From assembly GCA_963718235.1 (NCBI GenBank), contig CAVQYR010000001.1, forward strand, positions 1,408,001 to 1,472,000: DNA of 64,000 nt. Reading direction: 5' to 3'. The notes beneath the pieces were generated by a model that was not told the DNA's origin, ran no database searches, and saw only the letters and a list, made by a program, of their open reading frames with translations. Position numbers and translations under genes: made by a program. This DNA comes from an uncultured Actinomycetota bacterium (GTDB lineage: Bacteria > Actinomycetota > Actinomycetes > JAHEKZ01). Shown one piece after another: positions 31,654 to 39,115 of this stretch. The first letter of the stretch is position 1, and each line of letters starts with the position of its first letter.

Positions 31654-32664
31654 ATGCCTGGAAAACTCATCGGCCGCGCGCTTCCGGCCCATCAGCGACG
31701 CACTCTCGACGAGCTCACCAACGACCTGGACCTGACGGCTGGTGACGCCAGCTCCAAGAAATCGGCCTTCTGGACGATGCTCCTCTTGTCCGCCGTCATC
31801 GCGGCGGCCGGTGTGCTGGCCGACTCGACCGCGACGGTCATCGGCGCCATGATCATCGCGCCGCTCTCGACGCCGATCATGGGCGTCGCCCTCGGAGTCG
31901 TCCTCCGGGACGGCCGGATGACCCGCAGGGCGGCCCGATTCACCTTCACCGGAGCGGCATCCGTCGTCGGCGTCGGTGTCGTCTTCTCGTTCCTCGTGCC
32001 CGGTTCGGAGGATCTGCTCGCCAACAGCCAGATCACCGGTCGGGTCACTCCGGGACTGGTCGACCTGATCGCTGCCGTGGCTACCGGGTTCGCCGGAGCG
32101 ATCGCCCTCTCCAGGCGAGACGTCGCGGCCGTGCTGCCCGGCGTGGCCATCGCCATCTCCCTGGTGCCACCCCTCGTGGTGGTGGGGGTGTGTCTCAGCC
32201 AGGGGGCGATCGCACTTGCGTTTGGAGCCCTCGTGCTCTTCACGTCCAACTTCGTCGCCCTGGTGCTCGCGGGGACGCTGGTCTACGCAGCGGCGGGCTA
32301 CGCGGCCGAGTCCCACGCGGCTGAGGAGCTCTCTCGCCGCAAGTCGGTGCTTGCGATCAGCCTGTTGCTCGTGGTCGTCCTCATCCCACTGCTCGGCAAC
32401 TCGGTGGCCGTGTACGCGGTCTCCGTCTGGACCGGCCGCGTGGAAACCGCTGCCGAGCAGTGGGTCAGCGAGGTGCCCGGTGCGTCGGTCCAGAAGGTGG
32501 AGATCGCCTCGAACGCGGTCTACGTCCACATTCAGACCCCCCGGGACCTGCCCCCGACCGACCGTCTGGTCGCGGACCTCCAGGGGCGGATCCCCAACGG
32601 CATCCCGGTCGTCGTGACGACGAGCCTGGGTGAGCAGATCGAAGCCGGGACCGTGGGCGGCTGA
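31654..32664 (+). CDS. DUF389 membrane protein
   Basis: DSTATVIGAMIIAPL..PI and LPGVAIAISLVPPL repeats. Confidence 0.88.
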   Translation: MPGKLIGRALPAHQRRTLDELTNDLDLTAGDASSKKSAFWTMLLLSAVIAAAGVLADSTATVIGAMIIAPLSTPIMGVALGVVLRDGRMTRRAARFTFTGAASVVGVGVVFSFLVPGSEDLLANSQITGRVTPGLVDLIAAVATGFAGAIALSRRDVAAVLPGVAIAISLVPPLVVVGVCLSQGAIALAFGALVLFTSNFVALVLAGTLVYAAAGYAAESHAAEELSRRKSVLAISLLLVVVLIPLLGNSVAVYAVSVWTGRVETAAEQWVSEVPGASVQKVEIASNAVYVHIQTPRDLPPTDRLVADLQGRIPNGIPVVVTTSLGEQIEAGTVGG

Positions 32665-32690
32665 CCGCTCGACCGCGCCGGTCCCGACCG

Positions 32691-33221
32691 CTACGCCGTG
32701 CGTGCGTGCATGCGCCCCACGAGCATCAGCGTGACGCCCTCGACGATTGCCTGGATGCCGAGCAGGACGCCGAGGACGACGAAGGATGCCTCGACGATGT
32801 TCAGCAGGACGATCAGGCCCAGGCCGACCGAGATCAGACCACTGATGACGAGGATCCAGCGCGCCTCCGGGTGGTCGGGCGCCGCGGCGATCCGGACGAT
32901 CCCACCGACCAGGAACAGTGCGCCCGCCACGAGCGTGAGCGCCACAGCGGTCGCGGCTGTGTTCCGCAGGATCACCACGCCCAGCACGAGCAGCAGTCCG
33001 CCGCCCAGCGCGGTCGACCAGAACTTGCCCTCAGCGATCCGGAAGAACGCGGAGATCAGCTCGATGGCACCGCCGATGAGGGCCACCCACCCGATGAACT
33101 TCACCGACACGGTGGTGGCAACAACCGCATCGCCCAGGATGAGGACTCCGGCGATGATGAGCAACAGCCCGAAGACGATGTCCCATCCGCTGCGGCGCCG
33201 TTCGATGACGATCTCGGACAC
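32691..33221 (-). CDS. HdeD/DUF308 membrane protein
   Basis: About 6 TM with repeated G-LLL.G/GW pattern; GTG start after GAGGAGG. Confidence 0.8.
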   Translation of the reverse strand: MSEIVIERRRSGWDIVFGLLLIIAGVLILGDAVVATTVSVKFIGWVALIGGAIELISAFFRIAEGKFWSTALGGGLLLVLGVVILRNTAATAVALTLVAGALFLVGGIVRIAAAPDHPEARWILVISGLISVGLGLIVLLNIVEASFVVLGVLLGIQAIVEGVTLMLVGRMHARTA

Positions 33222-33286
33222 GTGGCCCTCCTCGAGGGATGCGAAGGCAGGACTCTCGTGCCGCACGGTACCGGACCGCGCTGCGT

Positions 33287-33946
33287 TCACGGCGTATCTG
33301 AAGGGCGCAAGGACCTGACGAGGATGTCCAGGCTGAGCAGCAGGACCCACGCAGGAAACACGAGCTGCACCCACCGGGTGCCGGGCGGCATGAGGAGCAG
33401 GGCAAGCGCGCTGACGTAGCCGACCACCGTGAGCCAGCGTGGGGTGAGTCCCATTCGGTGGCCGACGGTGGTCACCACGAGCGTGAACACGGCCGCCATG
33501 CGCGCCCCGAACGTCGCGAGCAGGGTGGACGTCAGGGCACCCGCCAGTCGGATCGTGTCGTCGGAGGCGCCGTTCGGGTCGTCGTAGACGACGAGGAGAC
33601 TCCCCAGGACGGCCGCGGCACTGAACAGCATGGCGACGAACAGCAGGCCCGAGCCCAGCAGGACGGTGGCGAAGAACCTGTCCTCGCGCTCCCCGAGGCG
33701 GCTTCGGATCACGCCGATGAACCACAGGAACGCGATGCCGGCGAAAGGGACCAAGGTCAGGGCGAGGCCCACCGATTGTCGTCGAGAGGCACTCGAGATC
33801 CACCCGGTCGGGTCACTGCCGACCGAAGCCGCAGCGGAGTGCAGCATCACGATGACCGTGCCGAGGATGAGCGAGAAGGCCAGTCCGGCAATGGCCGCCG
33901 CGCGCGGGGTCCGCAGCTCTCGGCGGACCGTGATCGGTTCGGACAT
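33287..33946 (-). CDS. Conserved actinobacterial membrane protein
   Basis: LRTPRAAAIAG, PFAGIAFLWFIGVIR.RLGEREDRFFATV; multiple TM. Confidence 0.75.
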   Translation of the reverse strand: MSEPITVRRELRTPRAAAIAGLAFSLILGTVIVMLHSAAASVGSDPTGWISSASRRQSVGLALTLVPFAGIAFLWFIGVIRSRLGEREDRFFATVLLGSGLLFVAMLFSAAAVLGSLLVVYDDPNGASDDTIRLAGALTSTLLATFGARMAAVFTLVVTTVGHRMGLTPRWLTVVGYVSALALLLMPPGTRWVQLVFPAWVLLLSLDILVRSLRPSDTP

Positions 33947-34101
33947 GACCCTCCGGTGTCAGGCGGGGTACCCCGATGACTTCGTTCGTTCCGCGGGCGA
34001 TGATGGCACACGCCAGCGGGTTCTCGACCGGGCCCGGCTCAGTCGTCGCACCCTTGTAGCGTGCGGTTCGTGCGGCTGCCTACCCCACTGAGAGGAAACC
34101 C

Positions 34102-34677
34102 ATGACACTGACTGCTGACCGGGCCTTCGTAGACGGCCTCGGCTTCTTCGGCTCGGTGGTCGACCGGCTGGGACCGGACGACTGGGGGCGGGCGTCGGCC
34201 TGCGCGGGCTGGACGGTGCTCGATGTCCTCGGCCACCTGAGCACGGCGGTGGAGATGGGGATCAGCGTGCTGCAGGGGGCGCAGCCGACCTGGCCGGAGG
34301 TCGCACGCCCCGCGGAGCATGTCGTGGGCGATCCGCTCACCCACTGGCAGGCGCTGGAGTCGCGCGCCAGGGCGGCTCTGGTGGGGGCTGACCTCGACCT
34401 CGAGATGGACACGCCGATGGGTCCTCGCACGGTCGCCGATCGGCTCGCGTTCCCGGCCATCGACCTGTACGTGCACGCCTGGGACGTCGGCGCTCCGTGC
34501 GGGGTACCGGTCGAGCTCCCCACCGAGGTGATCGACTTCAGCCATGCCCAGCTCGACCCCTTCCCGGCCGAGATGATGCGCGGTGATCAGGGGGCGTTCG
34601 GACCGGAGGTGCCGGCACCCGCCGACGCCACGACCAGCGAGGCCTTCCTCGCCTGGACGGGCCGCTCGCCCCGCTGA
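34102..34677 (+). CDS. Mycothiol-dependent maleylpyruvate isomerase N-terminal/TIGR03086-family metal-binding protein
   Basis: CAGWTVLDVLGH, VHAWD, LAWTGR; GAGG RBS. Confidence 0.85.
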   Translation: MTLTADRAFVDGLGFFGSVVDRLGPDDWGRASACAGWTVLDVLGHLSTAVEMGISVLQGAQPTWPEVARPAEHVVGDPLTHWQALESRARAALVGADLDLEMDTPMGPRTVADRLAFPAIDLYVHAWDVGAPCGVPVELPTEVIDFSHAQLDPFPAEMMRGDQGAFGPEVPAPADATTSEAFLAWTGRSPR

Positions 34678-34707
34678 ACGGACTCCCGGGAGGGGCTCCG
34701 GGACGGC

Positions 34708-34735
34708 TCAAGGGCCTCGCGCTTCGCGTCGATGA
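34708..34735 (+). promoter_or_regulatory. Putative sigma28/WhiG-type promoter of the GGDEF-EAL gene
   Basis: TCAA (34708-34711), 16 nt, GTCGATGA (34728-34735), ending 30 nt before the ATG at 34766. Confidence 0.6.
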
Positions 34736-34765
34736 CTGCTGCGACGGCCAAACTGGGGGTACCGC

Positions 34766-36769
34766 ATGCGCCGATGGGGGCTGACCGCGACCTTCGCGGT
34801 GGTGAGCCTCCTTGCCATGGCCGCTGTGGGGATCCTTCTCGTCGTGGCGATTGGCAAGCAGGCGCGCGAGTACGCCCTCGACGAGGCCGTGCGCACGGCC
34901 GAGGCCTACGTCTCCGCCGGAGTTCTGGACGTCGCTTCGGTGGAAGCCCTGACCGGGCGGGATGTCCTGCTGGCGCAGGACCGCATGCAGATCACCGACC
35001 TGGCAGCACCAGACGACGACCTCCTCGCGCTGCGCCTGTGGACGGCCGACAGCCAGCTCGTCTTCGGGACCGACTCGCAGGACGGTCGCTTTCCCGACGG
35101 GATCCGGCTCGACCAGGCGCTGACCGGGGTGCCGGCACCCCGGGTCGTCGACGACCTGGGGAATGATGGACGGGTCCAGGGTCGTGCCTTGTCGGTCTAC
35201 CTGCCCGTGCGTGACGAGCGGACCGGGAACCCGGTGGGGGCGGCCGAGGTCGTCCTGGACTACACCGAGACCGAGGCGGCCGTCTCCAGGGCGGTCGGGA
35301 TCGTGGCCCTGCTGGTCGTGGCCGGGCTCGGTCTGCTGTGGCTGCTGCTCTTCCGGACGGTCTCCAATGCGAGCCGGCGGCTGCGCAGTCACGCCACCGA
35401 GAACGCCCGGCTCGCGCTCCTCGACCCCCTCACCGCCCTGCCGAACCGCCGACTGCTCTCCGAGCGGATCGACCGAGCGGTGACGGCCGCCACCAGGTCC
35501 GAGCACTCGATGGCCCTGCTCCTGCTCGACGTCGACGGGTTCAAGGAGGTCAACGACACCCTCGGCCATGACTTCGGGGACAAGCTGCTCGTCGAGGTGG
35601 CCGGCCGGGTCCGCGCGGTGGCCCGGCAGACCGACACGGTGGCCCGTCTGGGAGGCGACGAGTTCGCCATCCTGATGCCTTACGTCCATGACGTGGAGGA
35701 TGCCTCGGCCCTGGCCCGTCGGGTGCTGGGCGTGTTCGGGGACGCGTTCTCCCTGGGCGGCATGACGCTCCACGTGGACTCCAGCATCGGTGTGGCCCTG
35801 CTGCCCGACCACGCCGACGACCAGATGACCCTGATGCGTCACGCCGACGTTGCCATGTACGCCGCCAAGCGGGCCAAGCTCGGGTACGCCGTCTACTCCC
35901 AGGAAGGCGACCACCACAGCGCTCAGCGGCTCACCCTGATGGGGGACCTGCGCCGGGCCCTGACCGCCGACGACCAGCTGGCCCTGCACTACCAGCCCAA
36001 GATCAACCTGCGCACCGGACGGGTCGCTGGGCTCGAGGCGCTGCTTCGGTGGAACCACCCCGAGGTGGGCAGTGTCTCTCCGGCCGACTTCATCCCGCTC
36101 GCCGAACAGACGGGAATGGTCAGCGACCTCACCCAGTGGGTGCTGGAGCGGGCCGTCGAGCAGCTGGCCGTATGGGAGGGCGACCGAGCGGGGTTCCCTC
36201 TCGATCTTGCGGTCAACCTCTCCGCCCGCAACCTGCACGAGACCGAGCTGTCCGCACGGGTGCGCCAGCTGCTCCAGGACGCCCGGGTCAGCCCGGCCTG
36301 CCTGGAGCTGGAGATCACCGAGAGTGCCATCCCGGCCGATGCGGGCCGGGCCCAGGACGCGATGGCCGAGCTCTCCGAGCTCGGCGTCCGGCTGGCGGTC
36401 GACGACTTCGGTATCGGCAACACCTCGATCAGCCAGCTGCGCAGCATCCCACTGCGCACGCTCAAGATCGACCGCTCGTTCATCGCGCCGCTCACCACCG
36501 ATGCCGGAAGCATCGTCCTGGCGAGAGCAATCATCGACCTGGCCCACGAGTTCGGGCTGGTCACGGTCGCCGAAGGCGTGGAGGACACTGAGACGGCGAC
36601 GATCCTTCGTGACCTCGGCTGCGACCTCGCTCAGGGGTTCCTCTGGTCTCCCGCGGTGTCGGCCGCCGACCTCGTCGCCGTCGCCCGGGAGATCGACGCC
36701 AAGGCCTACGACGCGGTGCCCGTCACCAGTGGTTCTGCGCGTAGAGCTCGGCCACGTCGCTCGCGGTGA
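34766..36769 (+). CDS. Membrane-bound diguanylate cyclase/phosphodiesterase (2 TM with extracellular sensor, GGDEF, EAL)
   Basis: DPLTALPNR, DVDGFKEVND, I-site RQTD five residues before an intact GGDEF; EALLRW, VNLS, LEITE, DDFGIG, KIDRSF, AEGVE, QGF. Confidence 0.94.
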   Translation: MRRWGLTATFAVVSLLAMAAVGILLVVAIGKQAREYALDEAVRTAEAYVSAGVLDVASVEALTGRDVLLAQDRMQITDLAAPDDDLLALRLWTADSQLVFGTDSQDGRFPDGIRLDQALTGVPAPRVVDDLGNDGRVQGRALSVYLPVRDERTGNPVGAAEVVLDYTETEAAVSRAVGIVALLVVAGLGLLWLLLFRTVSNASRRLRSHATENARLALLDPLTALPNRRLLSERIDRAVTAATRSEHSMALLLLDVDGFKEVNDTLGHDFGDKLLVEVAGRVRAVARQTDTVARLGGDEFAILMPYVHDVEDASALARRVLGVFGDAFSLGGMTLHVDSSIGVALLPDHADDQMTLMRHADVAMYAAKRAKLGYAVYSQEGDHHSAQRLTLMGDLRRALTADDQLALHYQPKINLRTGRVAGLEALLRWNHPEVGSVSPADFIPLAEQTGMVSDLTQWVLERAVEQLAVWEGDRAGFPLDLAVNLSARNLHETELSARVRQLLQDARVSPACLELEITESAIPADAGRAQDAMAELSELGVRLAVDDFGIGNTSISQLRSIPLRTLKIDRSFIAPLTTDAGSIVLARAIIDLAHEFGLVTVAEGVEDTETATILRDLGCDLAQGFLWSPAVSAADLVAVAREIDAKAYDAVPVTSGSARRARPRRSR

Positions 36770-37664
36770 GTGCCCGGTTCTGCCAGACGGCGACCTCGTC
36801 GACTCGTCCGGAGAGCTGGTCACGGGTCGGTGCGCCCGGGCCGAACCCGGTCGTGGCGTCGTAGCCGACCCGCCAGTAGCCGTGGCCGTCGGGAGTCGGC
36901 GGGACCGCCGGCGGGGGAGGGTCGGTCGGCTCGTTGCCGGTGTAGACCGCCCCTGACGTGAGCGTGGGGTCGGAGTCCACCTCGACGCCGTCCACGTACA
37001 GGACCGTTCCCGATGGGCCGACCGTGGCGACGAGCAGGTGCGGCACGTCGTCGTTGACGGGGGTGGCTCCCTGCACGGTCGTCCGAGGGGCCAGGCCCAC
37101 GGTGAATGCGGGCCGCCCGTCCGGTCGAAGGTAGAGCACCCGGTCCCGGTTGACCGACGTCCCCCACCGGGCCGATCCCATGCCCAGGACCCAGCCACCC
37201 TGGTCGGAGGTCGTCTGGACCCAGGCGCTGATCGTGAAGGTGTCCGGGTTGGGCACCGCGGTGGGCTGGACCAGGAACTGGCTGCTCGTCGGCGTGCCCG
37301 GCAGGTCGAGGGAGTAGGTGTCGTCGCACTCGATGAGCCCAGCGCTGGTCGGCCCGAAGGTCAGCCCGACGTCCTGGACGGTGGCGTCCAGGTCGTTGGC
37401 GGTCGAGTCCTGCACGGAGGTCACCGCGGGCGGTGCCTGCTCGCCGAGCCGCCAGTAGAACGAGGGGTTGGCGGCGAGCACGGCGGCCGCGTACGACGGT
37501 CCGGTCGAGCAGGCGGAGCGCGTGGTCATCGTGTTGCCGACGACGACGGCGGTGTCGTTGAACTGCGCCGTGGCCGTCATCGGCGGCTGCACCCCCACGG
37601 CCAGGCCGGTCAGGGTGGCTGCTACCGCGAGACCGGCGCCCCTAGACCACAGCGTGGGCGACAT
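36723..37664 (-). CDS. Secreted LamG/concanavalin-like domain protein with a SipW-cognate signal peptide
   Basis: Signal ...ATAQFNDTAVVVGNTMTT (A-x-F-x-D...N); YWRLGE, FTISAW, DRVLY, VNDDVPH, LYVDG, GYWRVGYD, GRVDEVAVW. Confidence 0.82.
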   Translation of the reverse strand: MSPTLWSRGAGLAVAATLTGLAVGVQPPMTATAQFNDTAVVVGNTMTTRSACSTGPSYAAAVLAANPSFYWRLGEQAPPAVTSVQDSTANDLDATVQDVGLTFGPTSAGLIECDDTYSLDLPGTPTSSQFLVQPTAVPNPDTFTISAWVQTTSDQGGWVLGMGSARWGTSVNRDRVLYLRPDGRPAFTVGLAPRTTVQGATPVNDDVPHLLVATVGPSGTVLYVDGVEVDSDPTLTSGAVYTGNEPTDPPPPAVPPTPDGHGYWRVGYDATTGFGPGAPTRDQLSGRVDEVAVWQNRALTASDVAELYAQNHW

Positions 37665-38283
37665 CTTCGTGCCTTTGTCCCGGTCGGCGCTGCTGCGGCT
37701 CGTCGGTCAGGACGGGTGCGGGCGCCGGCCGCCACGACCAGAGCTCGGCCAGCAGCAGGAGCAGGAAGGGGGGAGCGAAGAGGACGAGCTTGCCGACGAA
37801 CGTTCTCGACCACAGGAGCCAGGCACCCCACCCGGCGTAGCCGTCGACCACGAGGTAGCGCACCTGACCCACGGGGGTGAGGTTGGGGTCCGGGTCCTCG
37901 TTGTTCTGGCCCTTGGTCTGCACGTAGTGGTCGGTCTCGATCCGACCAGACGGGCCGTACACCGGTGAGCCGTCGACCCCGGTTCGCGGCAGGGTCTTGA
38001 GGGCCACGATCTCGTGGGTGACGTAGGTGTGGCTCTCGAGGCTCTCCTTGAACGTGATCACCTGACCCACCTTCAACTGGTCTGGGGTCACCTGTTCGGC
38101 GACGACGACCGAACCGGCCGGATAGGTCGGGGCCATGCTGCCGCCGGTGAGCACGAGCAGGGTCTGGCCGCGCAGCTCGTAGACCAACGGACCGCCGTAG
38201 GCGAGCAGGGCACCGGCGAGGGAGGCGAGCAGGAGGCCCCGAAAGGCCCACCGCCGCGCCCTGGTCCTCGCCGGCGCCGTCAT
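37642..38283 (-). CDS. sipW: Signal peptidase I, SipW/ER type (S26B)
   Basis: N-terminal TM, GGSMAP (Ser), VGQVITF, VTHEIV (His), TKGQNNEDPD, C-terminal TM; lies between two SipW-cognate substrates. Confidence 0.87.
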   Translation of the reverse strand: MTAPARTRARRWAFRGLLLASLAGALLAYGGPLVYELRGQTLLVLTGGSMAPTYPAGSVVVAEQVTPDQLKVGQVITFKESLESHTYVTHEIVALKTLPRTGVDGSPVYGPSGRIETDHYVQTKGQNNEDPDPNLTPVGQVRYLVVDGYAGWGAWLLWSRTFVGKLVLFAPPFLLLLLAELWSWRPAPAPVLTDEPQQRRPGQRHEDVAHAVV

Positions 38284-38285
38284 GC

Positions 38286-38918
38286 TCAGTTGTTGACGGT
38301 CTGCTCGGCGTCGAACGTCAGCGTGATCGTGCTGGTGGCGTTCTGGTACGCGTTGCCGGTAGCCAGGGGCAGAGCCACCCGGAAGCAGAGGTTCTCGGTG
38401 TCGCCGGCGATCAGCGACCGGTCGCCGGGCTGCAGACCCTGGGCGTTGTCACCGATGAGGTTCGCTGGGCTGCTCAGGTCGGTCGGACCACCCTCGAGGG
38501 TGCCCAGCGAGACATCCCCCGCTGCACACGCGATGGGCGCCACACCGCTGTAGACACTGATCCGCAGCTGGGTGCGCAGCGCCTTGGCGTCCGGGTTGTC
38601 CGCGGACGCGGTCAGGGCGTAGCGCAGCCGCAGCGATCCGTTGTTCTCGACCCGCACGTTGCCGTACACGTCGTCCCCAGGTGCCATGTTCCCGGCCGTG
38701 AGCGCGGCCGTGCCAGGGGTGGTTCCCAAGCGGACCGTGCCCGTGGTGATGTCGCTGGCGCCCAGCGTCTGGGAGTCGGTGAACAAGGCGCTGGACAGCC
38801 CGATCCCCACGAAGGCGAGAGCGGCCAGCGCGGTCGCGGCCCCGACCCGGCGCCTTCGATCTCGTTGGCCTTGGTCGTCCGGCCGGTCTCTCTCGAGCTC
38901 GGTCCACAGGTCGTTCAT
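38286..38918 (-). CDS. TasA/CalY (camelysin M73)-like SipW-processed fibre subunit
   Basis: Signal ...SSALFTDSQ..ITTGTV; NMAPGD, VENNGSL.LRY, GNAYQNA....TFDAEQ. Confidence 0.82.
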   Translation of the reverse strand: MNDLWTELERDRPDDQGQRDRRRRVGAATALAALAFVGIGLSSALFTDSQTLGASDITTGTVRLGTTPGTAALTAGNMAPGDDVYGNVRVENNGSLRLRYALTASADNPDAKALRTQLRISVYSGVAPIACAAGDVSLGTLEGGPTDLSSPANLIGDNAQGLQPGDRSLIAGDTENLCFRVALPLATGNAYQNATSTITLTFDAEQTVNN

Positions 38919-38982
38919 GTCGGCCCCCCGGGGTCGTCGGTCGGAAGGGCCGACGCTTGTTCGTCGTCCTCCCGTGTCCGCG

Positions 38983-39010
38983 TTATCGGCAGCGGAGGAC
39001 GCATGGTTGA
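38983..39010 (-). promoter_or_regulatory. Putative sigma28/WhiG-type promoter of the tasA-like operon
   Basis: Minus strand TCAA (39010-39007), 16 nt, GCCGATAA (38990-38983); the -10 equals the FliA/SigD/WhiG consensus. Confidence 0.75.
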
Positions 39011-39029
39011 GCGCTTGCGCCAAGCAGGC

Positions 39030-39045
39030 TCACCCGATCGGCCCA
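39030..39045 (-). promoter_or_regulatory. Putative BldM/WhiI-like response-regulator binding site
   Basis: Minus strand TGGGCCGATCGGGTGA fits TGnnCCGnnCGGGTGA (consensus as recalled), about 20 nt upstream of the -35. Confidence 0.45.
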
Positions 39046-39059
39046 GCGGGGCGACCCCG

Positions 39060-39106
39060 GACGACCGAAGGCCCGGACCGAGGGGAGGTCCGGGCCTTCG
39101 GTCGTC
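39060..39106. terminator. Intrinsic terminator-like hairpin after the first PKD gene
   Basis: Perfect 20-bp stem gacgaccgaaggcccggacc / ggtccgggccttcggtcgtc with a 7-nt loop, about 10 nt after the stop at 39116. Confidence 0.85.
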
Positions 39107-39115
39107 TTGTGGTGG

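Noticed and set aside
36723-38918. Sortase-assembled pilus interpretation of the fibre operon
   Set aside because: No sortase gene, no LPXTG sorting signals and no YPKN pilin motif; the signal peptides are SipW-type
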